43,219 nucleotides of DNA from Macrostomum lignano (lineage: Eukaryota): positions 1 to 43,219 of the forward strand of contig NIVC01001506.1 in NCBI GenBank assembly GCA_002269645.1. Reading direction: 5' to 3'. The notes below the pieces were generated by a model. The model was not told the DNA's origin. It was given only the letters and a program-made list of their open reading frames with translations, and made no database searches. Made by a program: the position numbers and the translations under genes. Below are positions 16,157-29,237 of this stretch, piece after piece (position 1 is the first letter of the stretch; each line of letters begins with the position of its first letter).

Positions 16157-16647
16157 AGCAATTTTTATATGCAATCTGAAAACGTGCCAGCAAGAATTGT
16201 GTTGTCTTGCCACGAGCTGGCCCTCACGAACACGTGCGAACACTGAGATGGAATTGTAGCACTTGTGACCCTTGCAGCAGCATCACTAAAGCTGTGCATG
16301 ATAAGATTAAAAGAGAAGCCTGGAACAATGGAGGTTCACCCACTCACAATTGCCAAATTTATTGCTTGCAAATCTCAATAGGCTGGAGTAAAACCACGTG
16401 ACAGCATTGCAACCTTTGGTGTTATTTAGTGCAGCCTGGCACTCATCATGGCCTGGACTGTGTGGCCTGCGTCGCATTGCTCAACCCTGACTAAAGTTGT
16501 GCCAAATTTCAGTTGCTGTGTACGAGTCGTATGATTCTCACTCGAAAAACTGCATTGCGAGCTTCAACTAAAAATAGCTTTGAAAAGGACACGGCGTCAG
16601 TTCAAATTGCAGTTTAGGCCTCTAAACAGAACTATATTACATGGTTT

Positions 16648-18060
<1,413 letters not shown>

Positions 18061-18846
18061 ATACATACAGACGATAAAAAACTCTTCTGGGACTAGATGG
18101 CTAGATCGCACTGACCGTGCAAGGTCGGAGAGGGCTTTTTACAGTAGTTCTCACAAGGCAAGACTACACAGGTTCGTTGAATGTATTATTCCGAGTACAT
18201 TATTAAACTTCTACACGCAGGCTTCTGCCGTGAAATGTGACTGGCCAGTGTTTATACAGAAGACGGTTGAGTGCAGCGGGACAGAAGGTGAGAACCAATT
18301 TGAGTTCCGGGCAGGAAAACTGTCTTAAATCGGAACCATTTTTCCGAGAATTTCTCTAGTGGATTCTTATGAGCAGCTGATCGAGGTTAAAGCGATTTGT
18401 TAAAACGCATATCGAACTTTCTGATTGATCGACTGCGAGCTTCTTGTTGCTACCCTAACTCGAAAAGCTGATCGAGAGTTCATATCAGGCGCCAGAAAAC
18501 TGAAAACTATGAGAAAGAAAAGAAATTTAATACATGGGGCCGCGGAGACAGAAAATTACGAGAAAATACATGTAGGATCGAGAGCTAGGAATTAGAAAAG
18601 AATGGGGAAGATTGAAGGTGGGAATAACATATATAGGTATGAGTGTAAATGTCATTTCTACTTGCATTAGTAAGTCACTGCATACATGCACTGTACGGGA
18701 TGAGGGTTCCGTGCCGTCCAATAATCAATAATCAATGCGAGTACAGCCCGCCCTCATTAAGCATATTAAATTTGATTGGTAGAAAGATGATTATGTATAG
18801 TGACAATTTATGCAAAAAATCAGCTCGTCTTATACATACTCGCATA

Positions 18847-20062
18847 CGAGGGATACTCTAAAAGTTTTGCAATTCGACTATTTAAAGTTAATTCAGCCAA
18901 ACTTTTCTATTACAATCCTTCAAAGTAGGCGGGCTCCTCGGAACTGCAAACACTTGTGCGCTCGTCCGAGCCACTTGTTCATGAGGCCCTGGATCTCTTC
19001 AATTGGGATGCCGTCAATCGCCTCCTTCGCCGCCTGCTCCAGCTCCTCGTCGGACTGAAACCTGCGCCCCCTGAGAGACTTTTTGAAAGGGCGGGTGTGG
19101 CAGCGTTGAAATGCTTCCGCCCTCGCATTCCCTTCCCTGGTGCCCTCTGGATCACGACTGGCAAGCACTCTTCAGTGTACCATCGAGCAGTGACTGTAGC
19201 TTGACCCTCCAGCTTCACCATCGCCACCACGCCTTGTGAGTCAAAGAAGAACATTCGCTTGCCCTGGGACAGGGACCGCCTTGCTTTCAGGGGTTGTTGC
19301 CCACCTTCCGGCACCCACTCTGCACTGCTGCGCTTTGTTTCGATGCCAAAATGATACAGAAACGTCTCATCACCAGTGATGACCTCAGAGCGGCGCTGAT
19401 GGCTCCCGTGCTCATATCGATCGATGAGAAACTGACAGAACTCCATGCGGGTCTGTTTCTGAGCATCTGTCAGGATGTGGGGTATCCATCGGGCACAAAG
19501 CTTCCTGACTCTCAGGTGATCGTGTAGAATCGTATCGACCGCTGCCGATCCAATGCCGACATTCATAGCTAGCATGTCCGTGGTGATTCGCGGATCCTGA
19601 TGGATCAGCTCCTGTACTGCAGCGATGTTTTCCTCCGTCACTGCTGTCGGAGGTCTCCCGGGCCGGGGGTCGTCAGAAAAGCTGGTCCTGCCGGCCTGGA
19701 ACTCGCGGTACCAGCGTGTAATTAACCGTAGCATATGACGGCGCTTGAGCCTCCAATGTTGCCAGCAGGACAATATAACGTAACTTCAGTTGTCCTTGGT
19801 TGCCAGTAGCTCGGCATGAGTCTCAAGCGCCGTAAGCTTTTGCTTGTGGCAGTACCAAATTGTGGTAGCCGATTCGATTCCATGGCTGCAGCTGTACAGC
19901 AAAGGAGTCACTGACTTTGACTGGGGGCTGTGCAGGCGTATATAAATTCACTTGAAATTTGAGGTGGGAACTATGTACATGTTTATTGTACAGAGGGTTG
20001 ATTTTAAAAATTGTGCGACTTGCGCAAGTGGTTGAATTGCAAAACTTTTGGAGTATCCTTCG
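18847..20062 (-). mobile_element. Tc1/mariner transposon, irritans-like, defective
   Basis: TA target duplications at 18845-46 and 20063-64. ~32-bp TIRs CGAGGGATACTCTAAAAGTTTTGCAATTCGAC / CGAAGGATACTCCAAAAGTTTTGCAATTCAAC (3 mismatches). TACGAGGG ends are typical of irritans-subfamily mariners. Confidence 0.92.
18910..19883 (-). pseudogene. Mariner transposase pseudogene
   Basis: HTH region (PSYATV..RWYREFQAGRTSFSDDPRPGRP), WIPHIL, ITGDET and C-terminal KSLRGRRF..GAYFEGL* are present. There are several frameshifts, the HDNA motif is degenerate, and the YSPDL/third-Asp segment is deleted. Confidence 0.9.
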
Positions 20063-20289
20063 TACGTGTATAACATATATATTTTCCCATACATATTACA
20101 AGGTTTGTTGCGTGTGTGTACAAAAATCGTAAAGGTACATGTACACATGTATAATGCATGCATCCAGGCTAACCCGCAACCCCACAAGCAGCAAAAGGAA
20201 GGCAAAGGCGGCGGGTTGGCAGCGAGCACAAAGCAGCGACGAGGTGGGGAAGGCGACCCCAACCCCGAAAAAAGAAGAAGCGGGGGAAG

Positions 20290-21250
20290 TTAGTGATAAT
20301 TAATAGAAGCAGCAATCTGCTGGACGGCGGAGCGCCTGCGGGCAAAAGCTGCCTCGTCCGAGAAATAGCAGAAGACGGAGTCGGAGCGCCAGTCACCAAG
20401 GCAGCGGATGTCGGCCACGGAGAGGCCACCCTGGAAGGCGGCGCTGGCTCCGCCCCTGCGCAGACTGAGGCCAGAGAGGTTTTCCTCAGGGATGCAGCAG
20501 ATCGAAAGGCCCCGCTTGAGCAGGCGGATGAAGTTCGAGGCAGCCAACGGGACTCTGCGGGCGCCCAGGACAGCGAAGAGAGGCTGGTGCGACCGGGCAG
20601 ATCGGTGGGCAGTCGGTGCATTGCGGAAGGAACACCAGCAGCTGACGCTCCTTGAACTGGTTTTTTTTGTTGGTTTGTTTGCCGGGGCAGGTCGACAGCG
20701 CGCCGCGGCGCAAAGCAGCGCCAGCGGTAGACGGAAGAAGCTCGCCCAGACGAAGGACGCCCCACCAGGCAACCAGCAGCGCAGCCTTGAAGGCCACGAG
20801 GAGGCGCCGGGGCAGCAATTGCTGAAGCAGAGGGCTGTTGCAGAGCAGGCGGAGATGATGCGGCTGCAGTGGCTCTGCCCTGCGTGGCTGCCTGCTTAGT
20901 AGGCGTCGGGTTCCGCGGCAGACGAGAGCCAGTCGGGCGTTGTCCTTGGTGGGGTCCGGTGCTGCCGTCGCCCTGTGGATGAAGGACACTGCGCTGAGGC
21001 TGGTTTGCACGCTTGAGTAGGAGGCGCAGCCTCGCTCCAATAGGAAGGCAGACGTCTGACTTCGATGCGGCCGTGGGGAAGATCCGCTGCTGTCGACAGA
21101 ACTCCCTCCAGAGCTGCAGGTGGCTGGCATACGACTTCCGGGTGCTGGGTGCGAGCGACAGGCGGCACAGGATGGGCACGGACAGGGCGTGGCGGTGGGG
21201 AACGCGGCTGCGACCTGTGAAAGGAGAGTGGTGCGGGATGCGGCAGAGAT
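20290..21250 (-). pseudogene. Tyrosine recombinase, frameshifted
   Basis: LAPSTRKSYASH..W..FC (SAM-like N-terminus), SSVQTSLSAVSFIH, WWGVLRLGEL (catalytic R), LSLRRGGAS (HxxR with H>L), GDWRSDSVFCY (catalytic Y); spread over three frames. Confidence 0.9.
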
Positions 21251-21299
21251 GGTGTGCGAGCCAAATTCAGTAGGACAGACACACAGAGAGCCATAGTGG

Positions 21300-23400
21300 C
21301 GACAGCAAAAGTTCACGAGCTCATGCTTTGAGCTCAGCATCCGAGACGCCGAGTTGCTAGTGAGCTGCATGTGACCGGGAAGGTGAAACGCCTGTAGCTG
21401 GATCCCAGACTCGAGGCACAAGAGGGCCACCGTCTGGTAGATTCGAATAAGCGATGGATACCTGCAGGACAGCTTGTTGATCATGCCGACTGCAGCCGTG
21501 CTGTCGGAGTAAACCACCGCCCGGCTGTTGCTGAGCTGCTCGTGGAAGCGCAGGATGGTGAGGAGCGGAGCCAGGGCCTTCTTGTAGTTGATGTGGAGGT
21601 CTTTGAACTCTGACTCAAAGTCGTGCTCCCAGCTGAAGTACACCCAGTCGTTGAAGCGGGTGCCGCTTACGATGCCAGCGGCGCCCTCGGAGGTGCTGTC
21701 GGGCTCGATGGCTACCAACTGATGAAAGCGCGGATGCAGCGGCGTAGGTGGCAGCGAATCCACTGCCTGCAGCCACCATTGCAGCAGATCGCGAGCTTCT
21801 TGAGGCAGCCGGAGATCTCGACCGTCGCTGATGAGGTCAAAAAGCGGGCGAAGAAATGGACGCAGCAGTTTGTTGATCTGGCCCAACCAGCACAGCTTCC
21901 CGGCCAGCCTCTCCAGCCGCTTGAGCTTGACGATCTCAGGGGAGAGGCAGTCCTTCAACAAATCCCTGGTGCTGGCGGCCTTGTCCATGGGCAGCGACAG
22001 TGTGCCGTCAATTGTGTCGATTTGAACGCCGAGGAAGACCATCCGCTGCGCTGGGGCCGTGGACTTGCTCCAGTTGATGGTGAAGCCCAGAGGTCTTGCA
22101 GGAGGTGCACCAGGTAGTCGTAAGCGCATTCAGCGGCTTCCTGTCGCCGGCAACCGCCCAGTCGTCCAGGTAGTTAACCGTAGCTTGGAAGCCTTGCCTA
22201 AGCATGTGGCGATGAATGGCGGCTGAGAGACGGTGAAAGATCTCGCAAGAGGCCCGGGCACCGAATGGCAGCCAGGTGTCGATGAACACCGAGGATTCGG
22301 TGTCAGCTGCGAAACACCAGCTGAGGCCCGTCAACGCCTGATCGTCCGGGTGGATGCCGACAGAGCGGTAGGTCTGCTTCAGATCGACCTTGTCTATAAA
22401 CGAGCCGGGCCGGATGTGATGCGGGAGTACGAGATTTGCTAGCAGGAAATCTGCTAGCCGAAGTTTGCTAGCGAGAAATCTGCTAGCCGAAATTTGCTGG
22501 CCGAAAGTTGCTAGCAGGAATTTTGCTAGCGAGGATTTAGCTAGCCGAAATCTGCTAGCGAGAATCCAACCAAAACCGGCAAGCAGCAATTTGGCTAGCC
22601 GAACTCAGGAAGTTGTAATTAGCTAGAGACAATTTGCTTGTCCAGTTTCGCAAGAATTTCACTAAATCCTCTATAGCGTCGCTCCACTTTTACCTTTACC
22701 AATCCTCTTCAAATTGGACACAATCCAATTTTCCAACTATTTTGACACAATCGTGTATAAAGTTTCGAGTATCGAAGTTAATTCTGAACGGCACTGTGTA
22801 CTTTGGTCTGCTTTTCGTCAGCGAGACAGCCACCCCAACCTCCGCCTCTCTCTCCTTCCTGATCACTGGAAAGATGTGTGAAAGGGGTTTAAAATTAACT
22901 AACTTTCAGCTGCCATAAGTTTGCTCCTGCTAGCAAACTTCATAGACCCGATGCAGCAGATCCTGCACGGAGGAGAATCTCAGACTCCGCTCCTGCTGAT
23001 AGCTGTCGTTGACCGAAGAGCAGGAAGGACTGGACAGATCGTGAATTATCCGAACCCTGCCGTCAGACTTAGGGATCGCGCCGATAGCATTCACCATGAC
23101 GCGTCCGCTAGCGGGTTTTAAGCGGCCAAGACGGAGCTCTTCGGAGAGTTGCTTGTCAACCTGCTCGGCATGGTCAGTAGCAGAACGGTAGTTAGAAGAA
23201 TGCGTGAAGGAAGGCGGAGGCTTGTTGACGAGGTGGAAGCCGTTATGAAGGCCTTTTCGGGGGAATCTCTCGTCTGGGTCGTTGCGTAGCAGGAGATTCC
23301 AAGAAGCCAAGGTCGACATGAAGAAGCAGGAGAAGACAGCACCCGATGCGGCGGGGGAGGCAAGTCGGTGAGGGGATGCAAGCAATGGGATGGGGGCGGG
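21300..23400 (-). pseudogene. Reverse transcriptase / RNase H (DIRS type), interrupted
   Basis: IGAIPKSDGRVRIIHDLS, KVDLKQTYR, LPFGARAS, NYLDDW, FLGVQID, and RNase H motifs (EPDSTSEG, HINYKK, SDST, HLPGH) with degenerate catalytic residues. Split by an insertion at 22428-22944 and by a frameshift. Confidence 0.9.
22428..22944. mobile_element. MITE-like insertion in the RT gene
   Basis: Imperfect 19-bp TIRs TACGAGATTTGCTAGCAGG / TATGAAGTTTGCTAGCAGG (16/19). About 10 subterminal ~15-bp repeats AAATCTGCTAGCCG on the left. It separates LLHRV from (H)IRPGSF of the RT. Confidence 0.65.
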
Positions 23401-23453
23401 TGGTGGCTATATTAATTTAAAAGCATGGTGGCTATAAAATAAATCTAGTTTTT

Positions 23454-24557
23454 TTATCCCTCCGCCGCATCGCTGCTCTGACGATGCAGTTGGGCGGGAT
23501 GCGGCTTGCCGCAGCCAAGCAGCTTGCAGACGTACCGGTACCTGCAGCTGGACCGTTGACAGCCAGCTGTTGAGTTGAAGCTCAGGCAGACGTGCCGGTA
23601 CCTGCAGCTGGACCGTTGACAGCCAGCTGTTGAGTTGAAGCTCAGGCAGACGGGCGCCTGCGGCTGCGAGATACCGGATCGGTTCAAAGTGACCTTCAGA
23701 TTGCGTGGAGCGTTCAGGTGGCGATGGTACAGCTGCGGGGGTTCGCACCCCCACTGATGCAAGTCTGACTCGGCCATCAGCTTTCCTGTAGTCTTAATCG
23801 AACTCCCAAACAACGTTTGGGCTGTAGTTGGCATCCAGGAGTTCGCCGATCTTCTGGGAGTACAGCAGGTAGCTTCTCAGCTGGCTGGTGTTCACAAACC
23901 CGTCGTCATTCAGATAGATGAGCGAGCCGTCGTCAATCAGGCGCTGTAGGATTTGAGCATTGCGGCCAGAGCTCCATTGGCCGGTGGAAATCTTGCTTAG
24001 GTTTGGCGGCTGCTTTTCGAACACCAGGTTGCCGTTCTCCACGCAGACGGTCAGGCTCTCGCTTGACTGATTCGCGTTGGGCTTGACAAAGTCTCAGATC
24101 AGGTAGGCCCGGCTGCGCTTTCTGGCCGACTGACCGCTCTCTACACCTGCGCAAAATAAAAAGGCCTCATGCACACCAGCAGGAAAAGCTGTAGGCTCAC
24201 CTTGAGAGGAGGCAGCAGTCAGTCTAGCTGATTCCCGTTGAGCTCGCGCTGCAGTTGAGCACGGCGCCGCGTCAGCGCCTTGATTTCCAGCTCTTCGACC
24301 TCCTAATTCCGCAGAGCTGCCAGGTCGCCAGCCGCCCCCCCCGTCGCCTCGTGCCCGCCTGTTGACTGGTCGTCGATGATTCCTGCATCAAGATCAGTCG
24401 AGCCGGAGCTGTCAGAGTCGGCTGCAGGAGCTTCAGGAGCAAGTGCGGCGGCATAGCCGTTCGTATAGAGCTGTTGTTTGCAGCCTGTTTTTGGGAGACC
24501 GCGCTTGGCCAGCTCTGCTCTGAGCTGTCTAGCTGTTAGTGCGCATACACTTTCCAT
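23454..24557 (-). pseudogene. Gag-like ORF1 with N-terminal SAP motif and C-terminal CCCH/CCHC-type fingers, frameshifted
   Basis: MESVCALTARQLRAELAKRGLPKTGCKQQLY fits the SAP consensus. C-x8-C-x4-C-x3-H is duplicated in frame (60-bp tandem, 23527-23652), followed by CKLLGCGKPH. Confidence 0.75.
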
Positions 24558-24773
24558 GGTTGCTGACAAATAAAAAAATTTGCTAATAAAGAATCTGAGC
24601 ACTTGCACACAGACGGCCAAGCCAGAAAATACTGGGTTTAAGAACCTCCGGCACGCGGCCGGGGGGGGGGGGGCGGAGGAGTGGTGGGCGAAGGGGGTGG
24701 GGTAGGGTTAACACACTTTACACTGAGGCCCACGGAGCAGGCCTAGTGTAAAGTAGACAAAGTAAGTCTTCTG

Positions 24774-24858
24774 CAGGGACAACTAAAACATATGGTGTCC
24801 ACAACTTTTTTACCATGATTTGGCTCGTTTCGCGTCCCGAGTGTTTTAGTTGTCCCTG
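24774..24858. mobile_element. 85-bp hAT-type mini-MITE
   Basis: Perfect 17-bp TIRs CAGGGACAACTAAAACA (24774-90 / 24842-58) flanked by a perfect 8-bp TSD GTCTTCTG (24766-73, 24859-66). Confidence 0.9.
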
Positions 24859-25533
24859 GTCTTCTGCATGTACTGATGGCACAAAAACAATCGATTAGCA
24901 TACCATAGTCTTCCCAAATGCAACTAAAAACATAAAGACAAAATGGCTAGAAAATTATGGTGACGAAATGTAGCTAACTAGCCACTTTACGCGCAGCAAT
25001 TGTGCAATACAGGCAGAATTTAAAATACATTGAGTTTTTAGCTCACAGAAATAAAAGTAATTGAAATTCGTTAAATTATTTTTTAGTGTAAAGCAAAAGA
25101 TTTATTTTAAAATTCTTTTTTGATTTAAATAATTGTTACCAGCCAAAAGATTTAAATCTATCAGTTTTACACGAAATAATAAAAAGAGGAACATTAATAA
25201 ATTAGGTTCCGTTTCCGTTTTAGTTACATTGTGGGAGCAGAAAAAGGGAAACAGAGATATATAGCTCAGTTGCGTGTTATATTGAACCTTGAGTCTTTTC
25301 GTGAGTCTTGTGAATCAAATCTTTTTTGCGATTGGTTTGCAGAAATAAAACTTCCTTTTTTCTCAAGACTAACTTCTGTTCTGATTCTAAGTGAGTTGAG
25401 TTTTTTAGTGTTTCTGAAGTTCGAAACACAACACTGGATATAATGAAATTTTTTTGTTAACTACTTTAGTTGTAAATTTAAAACCGACTATCCACGTATA
25501 CAATATTCCATAACTTACTGGTTGACAGGTACA

Positions 25534-28500
25534 ATGGCTCATGCATATCCAGGTACAGCTATCTCAGGAGATGAACAACATGAAGAGAACGAAAATACAG
25601 ATGAATCACATCGGAAGCGGAAGCTATCGTAAGTATATTTCTATGCTGCCAGCTGCTACAACTGAAGTTTTGACTAAACTTTCATGGGCTTAGCTTTTTA
25701 TCTTATAATTTTTTATATTGTGCAATATGAGAATGATATGAATTGGCAAACAAAGTATCAAGGTAAAATCAGGTTAGTTTTTTATTTGTTGAGGCAATTG
25801 AGAGAAAGAGTTAAAATAAGATAAAATCTATGTAACAAATCTTTAAAATTCAATCACTCCATATAAATGATGAATTAGTTAGAGTATCTTTTCATTCAAC
25901 TCCCACCTTAAATAGTCCCCAGGCCTAGCACAATTTCAAATTTAACAAATATTTTAAGAATATTGTCTCAATTAGGTCCTAAGCCTATTCAAAATTATTT
26001 TTTATTCCTATAAATTTTTTTATGGAACTTGGTTTTTTATGTCACAGGCATTCTGGCTCAATCATCTAAAAATAACTTTTATTTAAAAAAAATTAATTTT
26101 AAAAATAATCTTATGCCTTAGTTTTGATTATGGCTATCACTGTAGTTTCATACGTTAAATTATTTTGACTCCAGAAAAGTAATCTACAAAATATTTTGAG
26201 TACAAGAAACTACTTTTAAAAGACTTAAGCCTGATTAAGCACTATATTTCTATGCTTCAAAACTTGTTATTTTTAAAAAGCCAATTTGCTTTTGATTTAT
26301 AGTTTAACCATCAGAGGCCTGCAACCTACTGTAACTTTTTCAGTACCAGCGGCCACTCACTCTATGAGCTGTTGGGTCTGCAAAAAGAGGCCACAGATGA
26401 GGATATCAAGCGAGCATACCGGAAGGTAAACAGAGATCTTATTAGCCAGATTATCAAGAAATTGTCTGCTTTCAAGGCACTTGTTTTAGTGTTCAATTCA
26501 AACATTGCTTTTTTTAGCTGGCACTGCGCTACCATCCGGACAAGAACCCTGACCCTGCGGCTGCAGAAACTGTGAGCCATCTGTGATATTTTCATCAAAT
26601 TACATTGTATCTATTTTTTAGGCCTGATCTGTAGCCTAATCTCATTGTGTCTTTATTATAATCAGTGTTGGGCACCAATCCATTAATCAGTGCATTAATC
26701 CATTATTAAGTGTTAAAGTTTTTTGCACTAATGGATATTTAAGAAAATTTGCAGTAATAATTTTTCAATTAAACAACAAATTAATTGTTAACATCAATGA
26801 CAATGCCAATGAGACCAAATATGCAAATAAAGGACAAAATATAATTTAGAATTTACAATAGTACAGATAATTATTAAATTATTATCTTTGCTTATGATAA
26901 TGATTATGCAATTTAGCAATTTTTTTCTACAAACTTTAATCAATTAAAATATGGAATAGATTTCTTACTTTATAAATACTTTTAGTAGTATCTTACATAC
27001 ACGATTTTACTTGTTATTTGTTACTTTTTTAGCTTGAAGATTTTGCTTTGGATGACCTCTTGGTGTCAGATGAAAATATGGAAAAGCAATGACTGTATTA
27101 TGAAGTCTATTTTTGGAAAAAGTGCAAAATTCCTGATTTTGGGACTAACACTTATTAACAATTGTCAGTTAACTTTCAATCAACTTAACAAAATTAAGAG
27201 TTTAAGTTGAGATTTTTTTGCTCAAATGGCTAAGTGCTTTTGCTATTAACGGGAGTTTAAATTTTCATTAATGGTGCCCAACACTGATCTTTTCTCGCTA
27301 TATTAATATTTAAGCTCGGTATATAATCTCGCTGTGTCAGTATCTAATCTCACCGTCTCAATATCTAATCTCACTGGGCCGGCATGTAATCTCACCGTGT
27401 CAGTATCTAATCTCACTGTGTTAGTACCTAATATCACTGTATCAGTATCTAATCTTACCGTGTCAGTATCTAATCTTTATAATCTAATCTACTTATGAAA
27501 TTCGCATTAAGACTGCAATTTACTCCATTAATTTTTTCTCAACTTTCGAAACCAACTTTTTCGCATTCACAGTTTAAGGAGATCAATCGGGCTCATAAAG
27601 TTCTCAGCGACCCCACTAAGCGAAAGATTTATGATCAGTATGGCTCGGTTGGACTGCAGCTTGCCTCACAGATTGGCGAGGAAAACATGAGCGCCTACTT
27701 GATGATGCAGCATCCTTGTTTCAAGGTGAGCCGTCGTGTTTGATAATCTAGGGGTGAGATTTTCCTTCCTGATAATCTAGGGGTGAGATTTTCCTTCCTG
27801 ATAATCTAGGGGTGAGATTTTCCTTCCTGATAATCTAGGGGTGAGATTTTCCTTCCTGATAAGCTATGGGTGAGATTTTTATGTGTGATAATCTATGGGT
27901 GAGATTTTCTCGTGTGATAATATGTGGGTGAGATTTCTCGTGTGATAATCTATGGGTGAGATTTCTCGTGTGATAATCTATGGGTGAGATTTCTCGTGTG
28001 ATAATCTATGGGTGAGATTTCTCGTGTGATAATATGTGGGTGAGATTTCTCGTGTGATAATCTATGGGTGAGATTTCTCGTGTGATAATCTATGGGTGAG
28101 ATTTTTTTGTGTGATAATCTATGGGTGAGATTTTCATGTGTGATTATCTATAGGTGAGATTTTCGTGTCTGATAATCTATAGGTGATATTTTTTCGTGTG
28201 ATGATCTATGAATGAGATTTTCGTGTCTGATAATCTATGGGTGAGATTTTCTCGTGTGATAATCTATGGGTGAGATTTTCTCGTGTGATAATCTATGAGT
28301 GAGATTTTCGTGCCTGATAATCTATGGGTGAGATTATCGTGTCTGATAATCTGGGGGTGAGATTATCGCATTGAATAATTGAGATTCGTGTCAAACAAGC
28401 GAGAAATCCAGCTCCCCATCGCTGGCAACCCTCATCTCTAATTCCAGTGCCTCATGATCTGCTGCTTCCTCTTTACCGGCTGCTGCTGCTGTTGCTGCTG

Positions 28501-29056
28501 CTGCCTCTGCTGCTGCTGCTGCTGCGGCAAGTGCAAGCCGTCCGATGATGAAGACGAAGATGGAGATCCGTTCGAAGTGAGGGCGGTGACAGCTGCAGGC
28601 CACATTGACAGCGCCTGTTTGGTGGCTTTTTAGACTCTAATAAAGGGGTAGACTTAAGGAAGTAGACTCTGAGGGAGTATAATTTAAGGGGTTAGAACCT
28701 ACCTAAAGGAAGAAGGTAGACTCTAAAGTGGTAGACAGTAAGAACGGTAGACACTAAGGGAATAGACTTTAAAGAGGTAGACTCTAATAGAGAGACTCTT
28801 AGGGGTAGACTAAAGGGTTGGCTAAGGGAGTAGTTATAAAGGGGTAAAAACAGGAGGTAGAATCTCTCACTGACTGCCCAACCTTTCTCTCTCCAAGCAG
28901 CCAAACGATGACTCAGGCCAAGACTCTGAGCAGCCACCGGTCGTTGTAGCGCAGCCCGCTCCCACCACCGCCGCACCCACTGTCATCGCTGCCCCGCCGC
29001 CTCCGGCCTACTCGTCGTCAAATGCCGACGCAGATGACGTCAAAATCACCGTCTGA
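25534..29056 (+). CDS. DNAJC5: Cysteine string protein (DnaJ subfamily C member 5-like), 6 exons, 222-223 aa
   Basis: Exons 25534-25628, 26344-26425, 26518-26571, 27573-27725, 28448-28576 and 28901(or 28898)-29056, all phase-compatible. RKLSTSGHSLYELLG..KRAYRKLALRYHPDKNP..FKEINRAHKVLSDPTKRKIYDQYGS (J domain with HPD), then GEEN linker, then FTG-C8-L-C6-GKCKP cysteine string. Confidence 0.95.
26663..27286. mobile_element. 624-bp AT-rich MITE in CSP intron 3
   Basis: Perfect 15-bp TIRs CAGTGTTGGGCACCA / TGGTGCCCAACACTG (17 bp if the flanking AT is included) and subterminal CATTAAT motifs. No 8-bp TSD found. Confidence 0.75.
27335..27480 (+). repeat. 21-bp tandem repeat in CSP intron 3
   Basis: Unit GTGTCAGTATCTAATCTCACC, about 7 copies. 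Confidence 0.85.
27742..28376 (+). repeat. 28-29-bp minisatellite in CSP intron 4
   Basis: Unit GATAATCTATGGGTGAGATTTCTCGTGT and variants. Confidence 0.95.
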
Positions 29057-29237
29057 CGATTTTGAATATCCGCTGACGCCTGATGCTGGGCTGGGCGGCT
29101 CTCTTTGAGCTCTGCTGCTCTGACATGACGCTTTGTAACTTTTTCAAATCAGTGGGACTTTTCTCAACTCCCAGTGTGTACTGTGTTCTTATCTTAGTAT
29201 TCTTATTTATTTAGTTAGGGCCGCGATGAAAGTCTAG

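Larger units (their letters stand above)
20290..24557 (-). mobile_element. DIRS-order tyrosine-recombinase retrotransposon (Gag - RT/RNase H - YR), decayed; Ngaro/PAT-like arrangement
   Basis: All ORFs are on the minus strand in the order Gag, RT/RH, YR, with YR overlapping the end of RH. No methyltransferase domain was seen. Terminal repeats were not found, so the boundaries given are the coding limits. Confidence 0.9.

Noticed and set aside
16207-16401. 64-aa Cys-containing ORF upstream of the peptide gene
   Set aside because: Non-ATG start, no splice or homology support; probably promoter-region DNA.
18221-18287. Possible isolated + strand exon (CGCAG|ASAVKCDWPVFIQKTVECSGTE|GTGAGA)
   Set aside because: Good splice sites and one open frame, but too short and unlinked to support a call.
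20065-24760. Searched for DIRS inverted terminal repeats / internal complementary region or Ngaro/PAT split direct repeats
   Set aside because: No convincing match by eye between the 5' and 3' flanks, so the subfamily is left unassigned; a self dot-plot would be decisive.
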